Assembly (NCBI GenBank): GCA_964016885.1 | Contig: OZ024746.1 | Coordinates: 69,068,001-69,132,000, forward strand | DNA: 64,000 nt | Direction of reading: 5' to 3' | Origin: Eledone cirrhosa | Lineage: Eukaryota | In this document: piece after piece, positions 11,323 to 64,000 of the stretch | How the letters are laid out: each line of letters starts with the position of its first letter | How positions within the stretch are numbered: the first letter of the stretch is position 1 | Position numbers and translations under genes: made by a program | The notes under the pieces: model-generated | Seen by the model: only the letters and a program-made list of their open reading frames with translations | Databases searched by the model: none | Told to the model about the DNA's origin: nothing

Positions 11323-12418
11323 AGGTGTCTTATCTTCTGTTGTCAGTGGGAAGTCTTGTACTCTCAGTTGTTTAATGCCAAGGAAACTAGGATAATGGAT
11401 AATTACATTCAGCATGCAGATCCACTGGAAAAGATAGTTGTTTACGTTGGTACATTAAAAATATGGTCATTTTGAAATGTGTGTGTGTGTGCGTGTGTGC
11501 GCGCGCGCGAGCCATCATCACCAACATCGTTTCTATGTTTGTTTTTCCAAGGCATATGTTGGACAAGACTTTTTGAGGCACTAATCTATGGCCGAATATC
11601 CACCTTGACACCAAAGCTCACTTCTCTTTTTGCATTTCTGTTCCTGTAGGACATAAACAAAATCACCACCAGACGTGCTGCCAGACGATATATCTATGCA
11701 GGTATTGTGTGTTTATTTTGAGCAAAAATATTTCACTGAAAGATGGAAATTAGTTAGGAGTGTATATTTTCGGTTGTTCTTCAAACATTTAATATTTCTG
11801 ATGAAAGGGAAAGTTTGTTGTTTGTATTACTTAAAGCAATAACAAACATTGTTAGAGCGAAACTAATTTTACATCTTTTTGCTAAATACTATGAAATATG
11901 TTTGTTTTGAAACAGCGAGCGAGTTTGAAATTAGAAATACAAGCTTTCGTCGTATGTTTTGACTAAAGTAATTTTAACCTGATAGTGGGGTTTAGAACCC
12001 TTCATTTTCCATTTCTTAGAAGGTTCTAAACCCCACTATCAGGTTAAAATTTCTTTTTTTTTGCTCAAAATAAACACACACTACCTGCATAGATATATCG
12101 TCTGGCAGCACTTCTGGTGGTGATTTTGTTTATGTCCTACAGAAACAGAAATGCAAAAAGACAAGTGAGCTTTGGTGTCAAGGTGGACATTCGGCCATAG
12201 ATTACTGCCTCAAAAAGTCTTGTCCAACATATGCCTTGGAAAAACAAACATAGAAACGATGTTGATGATGGTGGTGATAATGGCTCACACACACACACAC
12301 ACACACACGTTTCAAAGTGACCATATTTTTAATGTACCAACGTAAACAACTATCTTTTCCAGTGGATCTGCATGCTGAATGTAATCATCCATTGTTGACA
12401 ACAGAAGATATGACACCT
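11323..12418. repeat. Large inverted duplication (arms about 11323-11728 and 12057-12418) with nested perfect 30-bp hairpin at 11970-12051
   Basis: Direct reverse-complement comparison. Confidence 0.9.
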
Positions 12419-12589
12419 ATGAAAGCTTCTATTTCTAACTATGAAATATAATTTAGAATGTTGGCCCGAGAAAGGTTTTAGATACAAAGTAATTTTTAGA
12501 ACAACAGGAAATGAAACTGCTAATCAGTCCTAAACTATGCAAAAGAAATATTATGAGATTTAAACTTACTCATATTTCATAAATTTAGA

Positions 12590-12920
12590 ATTATTCGCTG
12601 TGGTTTCGGAATACAAGGGAGATAACTTATAATTAAGACAGAGTTATTTTTCGTTACGTCATTTATGTCTGCCACTGTCCGCAATGCATAGGACAGGAAG
12701 GTAAGCAAATACTGGGGCTTTTCCGATCACTTCCTCTTTACACCAGTCGAGTCGAGGCTTCAGGTGTCCCCGGACCCCATACAGCTTACCTCTGTAAAAT
12801 CAGAATGACAACAGCCCGTCTGAGGAAAGAGCCCCGCGAGGTGGGGTGGCTGTTGCAGCGGATTTCATTGGCGGATGTCCTCGGGGCGCAGCCGAAACAC
12901 CACTCTGCCTTAGTTACGTA
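12590..12920. promoter_or_regulatory. CpG/GC-rich block, candidate bidirectional promoter and first exons
   Basis: Locally GC/CpG-rich without transposon hallmarks; TTACGTCA and CACTTCC motifs; AAG|GTAAGC donor at 12700/12701 (+) and GAG|GTAAGC at 12790/12789 (-). Confidence 0.45.
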
Positions 12921-13675
12921 GAGTCTATCATTACTTCCTCTTGTTTCTTTATTTCTTTCGTTGCTTAACAATCCTTGCCCTTTCCATCTCTTTTGTTTTT
13001 ATTAACTATTCCTTGTACATAAAAACTGTACGATATAAATGGCAACAAGGACACGAAAAAATAGAGAATAAAAATAAAAATAAAAATAAATTAAGCAACG
13101 AAAGAAAAGGAAAGAGGGAAGGAGCAGGGAGTGACAGATTCTACACCTTAAGCGGAAATAAGGATATTAAGAAAAATAAATCACTGAGACTCCTTCCACG
13201 CGAAAAATATTATTTAAGTTAATGTTATCATATTTAATATGAGAATAAAAAAAAGATCAGAAAACATGAAAACAAGATATCTATCCAGTTTTGGATAGAT
13301 ATCTTGTAGAGAGATTTTATGATTTGCAAGAAACTGTGGTTAGAGTGTTGGTTTTACGGTCATAATGTTATGATTTCGATTCTTGGACCGAGTTGTGTGT
13401 TTATATTGTTGAACAAAACACTTCATTTTACATTGCTCCAGTATACTCAGTTGAAAATGAGTTCCAGCAGTATCGTTGACATAGAATCCTGTCCAGTGGG
13501 AAGTCTTGTACTCTCAGTTGTTTAATGCCAAGGAAACTAGGATAAGCACCAGCCAGTCTCGAGACAGACTTTAGTCTTTAGAAGAAATAGTAACCAGGTT
13601 ACTCACAGAGCTCCTTTCTCCAAAAAATGCAAAAGAGATAAGTGAGGAGCTAGTAACACGTCTCTTTAAAAAAAT

Positions 13676-13803
13676 ACGAGGGTGGCAGAAAAAGTTTATT
13701 TTTCAACATTGTCCCTGGAAAGAAACAATGCAGTTGAAATTAATGCATGCAAGATTTCACAATCCTTCATAGTCAGCCTGTGAACTTTTCAGCTTACCCT
13801 TGT
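13676..13803. mobile_element. Mariner-derived MITE
   Basis: TACGAGGGTGGCAGAAAAAGTT ... AACTTTTCAGCTTACCCTTG termini; interior shared with 18850-18960. Confidence 0.7.
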
Positions 13804-14699
13804 CGATATGCTATAGAAATTCTCCAATGTGAAGTACATTATTCTATGTACAATACATGCATCTTTAACCAGTTGTAGTGCGTCTGAGCACTGTACACTA
13901 TAATTTTCATTATCATTATAGTACAGCATGGAAAAAAAATTAAGAAGGAAAATTAAATACGTTTCCTTTGTATTTTCACTTGGATTTGTCATTAAAATAT
14001 CCAAGTTTACTAGTCAGTAAGATCATAAAGAATACTGGTTCTAATTAGGATCAGCATGTGTACCATTATATTTGTTTAATGTTCTCTTAATTAAAACAAT
14101 TTATCTGTATATCAACGAATTAACTGCCACAATTGAACCATAGCAGAGGCCCCTAGTGTAATCACTCAATCTGCAAGAAATAGCAGTCAAATCTTCCTCA
14201 AATCACACCCTATTATCTTAAGAAAAGCAGACATGTGTATCCCAAACATTTTCTTTTAAAGTATACCTTAAAACGGCAAATTGGCAGAGTTGCTATAACG
14301 TCGGAGAGAATGCTTTGAGGTATCCTTTCTGGTTTGCTGTACTTTGAGTTCAAATCCCAAGAACTGGAACAAAATACTGCAATGTATCCTGTCTGTTCAT
14401 TATAATTCTATTAATCTACTGTATCGGCCTGGTACCATATTTTATCAACTCCCCAAAAGGCAGTAAGGTGTGGTTTGAGGGAGATTTCTGATAGGTCAAG
14501 AAAGGGTTGAGAATCCATTGCACACATGAAAAAAATGTTTCAGCTTTAAAACCAAAAATATAATTTCATAAAAGTGGCACACACAAAAATAAAAAAAATA
14601 AAACTTCTATTTTTCTTAACACAGATGCACCCTGACAAGTTCTTATATATACACAATTCATCACCACTATCAAAAAACTTACTGGGCTCTGATGTAGAG

Positions 14700-14866
14700 C
14701 AGGCATGTCAAACTGAAGGTCCCTTGAGGGCCATACACAATTAATTGCGCACATTACAACTAATTTTTTTTATTTCATATTACGAGGATAAAACATACTC
14801 ACGCTATAAAAACCTTTGTGCAGGCCGCAGGTGTGCTTGTAAAGGGCCGCATGTTTGACATGCCTG
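14700..14866. mobile_element. hAT-type MITE
   Basis: TIR CAGGCATGTCAAAC / GTTTGACATGCCTG with 8-bp TSD ATGTAGAG/GTGTAGAG. Confidence 0.85.
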
Positions 14867-15389
14867 GTGTAGAGAGTCCCTAAAAGGTAAGCCCATTTTT
14901 TCATGGCTGAAGTAATCCTAATTTAGTGCCATCTAGAATTCTTTAGTATTCAACTGCATAATAGTAATTTTAGGGAAAAAAAATCATCTGAATTATCTCC
15001 CCCCCCCCCCCCCATTTTTAAGAAGTGTTTAACCAGAGAAGGAAGGGCAGCACCCACAGCCCTTTATTTTTTCAGGGTCTCTGAAATTGGTGGAAAGAAG
15101 TTATCTTTAAACGGGAAACCTGACTCCAATGCTTGCAACAATGTTAACTCTGATAAATGTCCACTCAAAACTAGGCAATGGATTAAGTTTACCATTCAAG
15201 AAATGAGTTACAAAGAACCAGAACAAATACTACAATGCATCTTGTTTGATACATTTAACAATTTCACTAATCCATAGCCCAGGACTGGTATTTTATTTTA
15301 TTGACTCTTGAAAGGATGAAAAGCCATGTTGACTGCTGTGAGGTACAATTAGTATTATCACATCTCTTTGTACTATTATTGTTGAAGAA

Positions 15390-15920
15390 ATAATTGTTTC
15401 TACTTTAGGCACAAGGCCAGCAATTACTGGTGCTTTATTTTATCGACTCCGTAAGGATGAAAAGCAAAGCTAACCTTGGCAGGATTTGAACTCAGGACGT
15501 AAAGGGCCATAACTATGCTGCAAAGCATGGTGTCTGACGTTCCACTGATACTGTCAACCTACCACCCCGTTGAAGAAATAATGATACATCAACATAATTT
15601 ACTTTCAAATATTGATTTCTAACATTAAAAATTGCAACCATATATTTGTTTGTGTTTAGCTCATAATCAACTTTGATCAAGCAGACACATGATAAAAAAC
15701 ATTCTTATTATTTTATGGGTATGTTTGGTGTTGTGGATAGGTACTATACTTTGCAGCATATAGTTATCGCCCTTTACTTACTGAGTTAAAATCCTGCCAA
15801 AGTTAGTTTTGCCTTTCATTCGTAATGGAGTTGATAAAATAAAGTACCAGTAAAGCACTGGAGCCAATTTAATTGAATTTCCTCTTCCCTTCAAACTGCT
15901 GGCCTTGTACCAAAAAGTAT
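15390..15920. mobile_element. Two SINE family A copies in opposite orientation (15390-15568 minus, about 15735-15920 plus)
   Basis: Core and tail motifs of family A. Confidence 0.75.
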
Positions 15921-16027
15921 AAAGTTATTTTAGGAGTATGTGATTTGGCTGCTATTTCAAAAATTTTGAGTAACCTTATATAATCTTCTGTTCCTTAGAT
16001 TTGTGATCAAGCAGTTCAGTTATCTCT

Positions 16028-17150
16028 ATCCTGTAAGCTATAACAGAAGAGTTTAAGACTGGCTGCCCATGGGAGCTTCTATATGCCAATGATCTAAGCC
16101 TTATAGCTGACTCTATGGCAGAACTAGAGAAGAGATTCCAAACTTGGAAGCAAAGCCTAGAACCTAAAGGTCTTAAAGTGAACCTGGCAAAGACCAAAGT
16201 CCTACTATATAGAAAGGATATTAGAGCCAGATTCCCTCAGGGAAATGGCCTTGCTCAGTGTGCAGGAAAGGAATAGGTAGAAACTCCATACTATGCCCCC
16301 AAATGCAAAGTATATAAAAGATGTAGTGGGATTTCAGGTAGGCTAGCAAAGAATGCAGGTTTTATATGTGGTTGTTGCACAGGTGCAATAAGTAGTAACA
16401 ACCCACAGGATACTAACTCCCTTAAATGCCCAGAGGGCTTGGTAGTAGTAGTTGATAGTTTCCATTACCTGGGCGACCAAATTAGCAGTGGAGGTATTCC
16501 GAAAGTACAATAACCAGAGTGAGAATGGAATGGAAAAAATTCGAACAGCAATGTTGCATGACAGTGAGACCTGAGCACTGTGCAGAGGACCTACAAAGAT
16601 TGGAAAGAAATGAAGCTTCCATACTGTGTGAGGGATGTGTAATAGTAATATACAGGAACGGCAAAGCATAAATGAACTGAGAGAGAAACTGGGAATAAGA
16701 AGGATCAGATGCAGTGTGCAGGAGAGGAGATTGCATTGGTATGGACATGTGATGTGTATAAAGGATGACAGCTGTATATAAGTTGTAGAGCGTTCAAAGT
16801 TGATGGATGGAAGCTATGGAGTAAGAAGACTTGGGATGAAGTGATAAAAGCTGACCTTACACCTCTTGAAGGTGATGACACAGGATGAGATCTCTTGCAT
16901 TATGCAATAAATCAGAAGACCAACCTTCCCATGTGCACAGGTTGAAGCATACATCTAGTATGCTTCCCTACCTCATATACATCCACGCCCTAACACCCCT
17001 CCCAGTACACACTGTAAATGTGGTTGGTGTTTGGAAGGGCATTCAGCCATAGAAACCAAACCAAAACCAGTCCTGTATGAGCAAGATATGGTCAGTGGAC
17101 CTGGTTTGTCTCACAACAGGGCAACTTGTCTAACCTATGTTAGCATGGAA
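16028..17150 (+). mobile_element. Degraded RTE-type LINE 3' half
   Basis: AITEEFKTGCPWELLYA..., many stops and deletions; 3' UTR motif GGTTGGTGTTTGGAAGGGCATTCAGCC. Confidence 0.85.
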
Positions 17151-17913
17151 AAATTATTCGAGACCCGAGAGTTCATGTTTAGTTAATTCATGGTTAATTC
17201 AGGGCCGAGCAGAAAGTCACAAATTTAGAGGAAAAGAACAGTTCTTTATATCAACCCCTGAACATGACTAGTACTATATTTTATCAACCCAGGAAAGGTG
17301 AAAGCAAAATAGACTTCAGCTGGATATTCTGTTTGACAATTCTGTCAGTTCAGTGTCCAAAAGCTTAACATAGACATAATGTCATGTGGTTAAATATCTG
17401 GTCTAATAAACACATGGTCAGGTTTGTACAACCATCTTGCTCTACGTCTGAACAAGGCTTATAACTCTACTTGCTCAGGCAAAGATGAGGGAAATAAAAG
17501 AACTGTAAATTAAAACACAGAAACAATGAACATATATTAAACAAGAGAGCACTTAACTGAAATTATTTTATTTGTAAAGTGATTGGCGTTAGGAAGGGCA
17601 TACAGCCGTAGAAAACCAAGCCCCAAACAGATCTGTATGAGCAAGATATGGCCACCTGACTTGACTTGTCTAATATGACAACCTGTCTTACTTGTGCAAA
17701 CATGGAAGATAGGTGTTATATGATGATGTATTATTTAACACGAGATGAATATCAGTCAGTATTCATGACCTTCTTTTAAAATATCCAGTAACTAACACCA
17801 CCTTCTGGTGATGGGAAAAATGTTTTGCAGTGTTTAGTTACCTCCCTTGACATTTTGTTTTGAAATATCTCATTGTGATCGATTTTTGTTTCTGTTTGGT
17901 GTTGATCAAAATA

Positions 17914-18960
17914 TGGGGGTTGGCTGAAAAGTTCATAGACTGACAAAGATATTCTCATTGAATGTGACCAAATGAAGTTTATTTTTAAACGTAGTTCTCC
18001 TTGTGATCCACACACTTCTTCCATCATGTTGCAGTGCTTGGATCCCATTGGTGCATCTTGTTGGTCTGAAAGGTCATCAACAGCTGCCATTGAAACCAAG
18101 GACTTGTGTGCTAGAGCATTGTCCTGATGAAACAAGACCCCTTTTCGTAATTGCCTCAGCAAGTTGGCATAGTATTTTTCATTGATGATGTAGCCCTTTT
18201 GAAGATAGTCAATAAACACAATGCCTTTTGCATCCCAAAAAGCTGAGGCCATCACATTCCCTGTAGATGAGACCTTGGCCTTCTTTGGAGCTGGTGAGGA
18301 GGGGTGTTTCCACTGCATGGATTGTCTCTTTGTCTCTGGTTCAAAATGATGAACCCAACACACATTCTAGGTTAGGAAACGTTCAAGAAAACCAGCTGGA
18401 TTTGCCTCAAACAGATTTCCCCATGATGTGATCAGCCAGGTGCACTTTTGATCAACTCTCTCACAGGATATGCTAACACTGGCTATTTGAATTATAGTCA
18501 ATTATCATCATGTGGTGAATATGATCAAAATATTTCTCGGTGATGGCAGTTGCAGGACGTCCAGACCGTGAGTCATCATCATCATCATCGTTTAACGTCT
18601 ATCTTTCAAGCTAGCATGGGTTTCTTCAAGATTATCTAAAATTCAGCTACCCACTTTTGCACTGTTGATAACGCTGGAGCGTCATCCCCTAATGTAGCAA
18701 CCATGTCAGCATGAATGTCCTTGGGAGCTAAACCCTTTTTCTGCAGGTACTTCATAACACAACAATGTCAATTTTTTTTCTATTTTCAAGAGAAGTCGCT
18801 ACTAGTTACTTTTGAAGTCTTTTTTGAACAGTCAAATGTCACTTTACCTGGAAAGAAACAATTCAGTTATTAATAAGAAGAGTTGAAATTAATGCATGCA
18901 AGATTTCAGAGCTCTAGCATCACTCATTCATAGTCAGATTATGAACTTTTCAGCTCACCC
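17914..18960 (-). mobile_element. Internally deleted mariner DNA transposon with both TIRs
   Basis: TIRs GGGTTGGCTGAAAAGTTCATAG / TATGAACTTTTCAGCTCACCC flanked by TA; transposase remnant WVHHFEPETKRQSMQW...FWDAKGIVFIDYL...HQDNA. Confidence 0.9.
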
Positions 18961-20047
18961 TATTAAATACAAGTACTTAGGATTAATTGAAGGGCTGTAC
19001 ACATCTATTGTAGATGATCATGAGGGAAGAGGGGTAGATTGGATGGATTAAGGGGAAGGATCAGTGAAATCTGGTGAAATCTGCAATTGAGGAGAGTGTT
19101 AGAATGCAGCTTATCAAATCAAAAGGATTCACACCATCATGGCCTCAGCCGGATGACTGGAACAGGTAAAAGAGTATATATATACATTACTCATTCAAAA
19201 CACAAATAATAAATTACATGAAACTCTTCTCAATATAGAATGCTTTACCATTCTGAGCCTAAATTTTGGAAACAACTACATGCTTTTACTCCCTCACTGG
19301 CACATCAGTTACACCAATGAGTGTTCCAGTTGATTCAATCAACAGAACCTGTTTTTGATATTAATGTGCAAGTGGCTGAGCATTTCTACAGACACATGTA
19401 TATTTAATATAGTTCTCAGAGATTCAGCATGACACAGACTGTGACAAGGCTGGTCCTTTAAATTGCAGCTACAACTCATATTTGCCAGCTGAGTGGATTG
19501 GAGAAATGTGAATTAAAGTGCCTTGCTCAAGGATACAATGCACTGCCAGGAATAAAACTCATGACTTTACGATTGTGAGCTGAATACCCTAACCACTAAG
19601 CCTTGACATATGCTTTTTTTACTGATTAGTTTTAAAAAGGGGTTGATGGATTGGCAGAAATCCAAATAGTGCTGGACTAATCCCTCTGTAGTATTTAGTA
19701 ATGGTGTTTACATTCAGACTGCTTTTGTTTTATCTCTTCAAGGTTGATAAAATAAAAATCTGATTAGTGTACAAGAGGAGGAAAGAGAGGGTAACAGTAA
19801 GTTCACTTGGCTAACTCCACCTTCCATACAAATTCACATCCTAGTAGCGAGTGAATTTAGAAATTTTTTAATTAGGTAAAAAAACAAAGAGGGGGTGGGG
19901 GGCATAAAATAAGACTAATTGGGAAGTGGAAAGCTTGGCTTTAATAATATTAAACTTCACAGACAGAATGGTTAGAGGATGAAATGGGATTGCAGCAACA
20001 GACTAAATTGTAGGCCTCTCTAACATGTCAGCAAAGAGAATTGAATG

Positions 20048-20202
20048 TCATGATGATGGTAGTGGTAATGATGATGGTGGTGGTGGTAGTGTTGACGATG
20101 ACGATAGTGGTAGTGTTGATGATAATGTTAACGACGTCGATGATGGAAGTAGTTGTGATGGTGATGGTGATGGTTGTGATGTTAGTGATGATGGTGGTGA
20201 TT
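20048..20202. repeat. (GAT/GGT)n low-complexity repeat
   Basis: Direct reading. Confidence 0.8.
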
Positions 20203-20520
20203 AAGTAATCTAAAATTCCATCTGGCTTGTTGAAGCACTAAACACAATTTAAACAAACATCATATGCAAAGTTTGAACTTTCGAAGTACTGATAGATTAT
20301 GAAGTTCATAGAAAATGTAAGTTGTTGATATGCAGAAAATAAATGTAAATACAGTTGGTTTCTATAAATAGCTTAGAAAACCAGGTACACCCACCCATTC
20401 CATTTTCGGAAAAAAAGACAACTGCAGAGATCAGATTAGTTGAAAACACATGAAAAAAACCTAGGGTAAAAGAAAAACTTTCTCAGCAAACTCCAGTGGG
20501 TGCTTTCTTATATATTTACC

Positions 20521-20935
20521 TTAACCCTTTAGCATTTACATTACTCTACATATACTATTGTATTTTTGTGGTAAAGGCTTTATCTTACACAACTATCTAA
20601 CTTAATATCGAATCTATGAGATTTTGATGTTATTTATTTTGAGAACAATACCTTAACATCAATATGAACAGCTGGTTTGAACATAAAAAGGTGAGAGAAT
20701 TCTGGCCGGATACGGCCGGTTTGAATGCTAAAGGGTTAACCCTTTAGCATTTAAACCGGCTGTATCCTGCCAGAATTCTCTCACCTCTTTCTGTTCCAAC
20801 CAGCTACCCATCCAACATTAAGATATTGTTCTCAAAATAAGTGATATCAAAATCTCATAAATTCGATATTATGTGAGATAAAGACTTTACCGGGAATATA
20901 CAATAGTAAATATAGAGTAATGTAAAAGCTAAAGG
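20521..20935. mobile_element. Two piggyBac-like MITEs joined in inverted orientation at one TTAA
   Basis: TTAA-CCCTTTAGCATTT termini; shared TTAA 20736-20739; single copies at 36145-36355, 44097-44312, 58434-58560, 62096-62331. Confidence 0.82.
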
Positions 20936-21310
20936 AATGAGACCCCATATAGATGAAAAAAATTGCCAGTGGCTGCTACGGTGAATTGAAACTCCTATAT
21001 CTCTATAAAATCTATCTGATTTTCTAAGCTATTTATAGAAACCTACTGTATTTACAGTTATATTCTGTGTCTGAGCAACTTCTACATTTTTTATGAACTC
21101 AATCGAAATTATATACTTTCTTGTAAAACAAAATTACCACCAAAAGTATTAAAATATATGTAGAGGACAATGAAAGAAAACATGATTCAGAAACACATCA
21201 AACTATTAAGCATTCAAATTGATGTTCATATTATTAAAACAAGTTTTTGAAAAAGAGAAATAGACGAATTGTTTGATTATTTTATTTAAAAATTTTATTT
21301 GGAAATATCC

Positions 21311-23632
<2,322 letters not shown>

Positions 23633-24675
23633 TTTTTTTTAATAGTTTATATCTGAAAAAATATGTACAACAGAGAATTCTTACATCATCAGAGATGATT
23701 ATTTTGGATATATCCATTATTATTATTATTATCATTATTATTATTATTATTATTATTGTTATTATTATTATTGTACACTTTCCTGTCCTGTATATTACAT
23801 GTGTAAGCTGTTTGATGTTGTTAAGATCATGCGTCAACATGACTATATCTCCCTTCTCCATTTGTTTTGGTCCTTTTTTGTGAATCTAGTATTGATTGAT
23901 GTTGAGATGGTTCTGATACAAAGTTGCCTATTCATTTCTTTTTTTTTTTGTTTGTTTTATTTGTTTGTAATCAAATATCCCCCAGTTTAATACCATTCGA
24001 CTTCTCTTGGTCATTTGTTTTTTTCTCCAACTGATAACATTAAATATTGACAGACCAACAGAGCTTCCCTCTATCAGAACCATCTAGATCTTGAAATTAC
24101 AAATATTGGCAGCAACCATTTTTAAAAACAAAAGCTGAAGAGAAAGATAACAACAAACAATAACAATAATAATAACAATAATAATAATAATCACAATATT
24201 TTTGTGATGTTATACCTTTATTCTTTCATAGCTAATTCCAGCCCCACCATATATCAATGTCCCCAATCAAATCCTTCAACACTCATAATATCTCTTTCAC
24301 CTGGACACCTGCCTCTTCTCTGAAAATCTGAGTACAAAGCAAGAATGGAGAGAACTAGAGGCAAAAACGAGGGAAACATTTCACTTTTGCAATCTCCTGT
24401 GTTCCACACCCTCCCTACCATTCTAGTCAGTAATTTACAAACTCTTACATACATTATATATACATATATACACACTCATATCCATCCAGACAACTATACA
24501 TATGCACTCACATGTAAATTTCATTTTGGTACTTAGAATTTAAAAAAAAAAATTGCAACTTATTAAAAATTAAGTTAAAATATTACGATGTCTAAAAATA
24601 GTAATAAAACAATTAAAAATGAAAAAAAAAAAAAAAATTAGGAGGGGGAAGACAACAAAATAGAAGACCAAAAAT

Positions 24676-24712
24676 ATATACATACATACATATACATAGC
24701 TGTGTGTATGTA

Positions 24713-24782
<70 letters not shown>

Positions 24783-24832
24783 CAAATAAACGTGTGTATA
24801 TATATATACATATATATATATATACACACGTT

Positions 24833-24880
<48 letters not shown>

Positions 24881-25054
24881 CACACGTTTATATATATATA
24901 CATATATGAGTATATATATATATATACATATATATGAGCATATATATATATATATACATATGTATGTGTATATATATATATACATATATGTGTATATATA
25001 TATATATATGTGTGTATATATATATATATGTGTATATATATATATATATGTTTT

Positions 25055-25086
<32 letters not shown>

Positions 25087-25210
25087 CATATATGTGTATA
25101 TATATGAGTATATATATACAGCTATATGTATATATTTGTATGTATGTGTGTATATATATATATACAGCTATATATGTGTACATATATATATATAGCTATG
25201 TGTATGTATG
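24676..25210. repeat. (AT)n/(GT) microsatellite ~170 bp downstream of the InR stop
   Basis: Direct reading. Confidence 0.95.
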
Positions 25211-25382
25211 TTTGTTCACACACGTATATTAACTTATGTATATAGCAAGAAAATGAAAAGAAATGTTGGAACAAAAAGAAAAAAAAAATGCTTCTTTTTG
25301 TTGTTGTTTTTTGAATTGTTTTGTTTTGTTTGTATTTTTTTTATAGATGATGTAAATGTTTTTCTGAAAGCATGATAGTATG

Positions 25383-63480
<38,098 letters not shown>

Positions 63481-63640
63481 CTACAGAAGAAAATAGTAAA
63501 AATATATTAAACAACCTTTCAATAATGCAGCTCTATCAATAGTAGTTTCAATATGACAATGATTTTTATAGAAAAAGGCTACAGCAATACAAGAGGGTCA
63601 TTAAATGTAAAAAAATAATGATAATAAAGATGTTAGCATA

Positions 63641-63863
63641 TTACCTCAGGAGTTGTTTAATAGCCCTTATTTCAGGATAAAATCCCTGCACCAAAAGAAG
63701 GATTAAGGAAACTAATTTGGATACAAGATATCTTGAATACTTCTTACACTGCCTGGCAGCTTAACAATAATATATCCTGCTTTGAATTAGTTTTCTCAAT
63801 CCTTCATTTAATGAAGGGATTTTAGCCTGAAATATATAGACTATTAAACAATTCTAAGGTAAC
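63641..63863. repeat. MITE-like inverted repeat (arms about 63641-63718 and 63785-63863)
   Basis: TTACCTCAGGAGTTGTTTAATAG...AAAATCCCT vs reverse complement of AGGGATTTTAG...CTATTAAACAATTCTAAGGTAA. Confidence 0.75.
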
Positions 63864-64000
63864 ATTCAAACATCTTTGTTATCTTTCTTTTTAACATTTA
63901 ATTAATTTAACATTTACATTGCTGTAGTATAATAAAACACTATTCTCTACACTTTACACAATGCTTCAAGTAAACTACAACACTGATTTAATATTTTTAT

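Noticed and set aside
12700-12900. RNase MRP RNA (GTCCCCGGACC and CGGGGCTC..CTCAG look-alikes)
   Set aside because: The two motifs lie on opposite strands, so the P4 pseudoknot cannot form
63645-63685. 41-bp AG/GT segment as an upstream InR exon
   Set aside because: The frame compatible with the next exon has a stop, and it lies in one arm of a MITE-like inverted repeat

Overview
AT-rich, repeat-dense animal genomic DNA. The repeat repertoire and gene sequence suggest a coleoid cephalopod, probably an octopod (inference). The main feature is a 5'-truncated insulin/IGF-like peptide receptor gene (InR) on the minus strand. I reconstructed 21 GT-AG exons by hand from 63480 down to the stop at 25383. 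They join in phase to 3248 nt (about 1080 aa) and encode L2, FnIII-1/2/3, alphaCT, the RQRR furin site, TM, NPEY, the tyrosine kinase and the C-tail. The rest is mostly transposon debris: RTE-type LINEs carrying a PHD-like finger inside the RT, a Tx1/L1-type LINE in a (GATA)n microsatellite, CR1/L2 LINEs, two tRNA-SINE families, mariner, Chapaev3, Helitron-like elements, piggyBac/hAT MITEs and long (AT)n tracts. Most notable unexplained items: a CpG-rich block at about 12.6-12.9 kb with strong splice donors on both strands and candidate downstream exons; a complex inverted duplication with a templated insertion; minimal hammerhead-like motifs; and unusual substitutions in conserved InR kinase motifs. 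I see no firm evidence for a wholly new biological system. All calls were made by eye without database searches.
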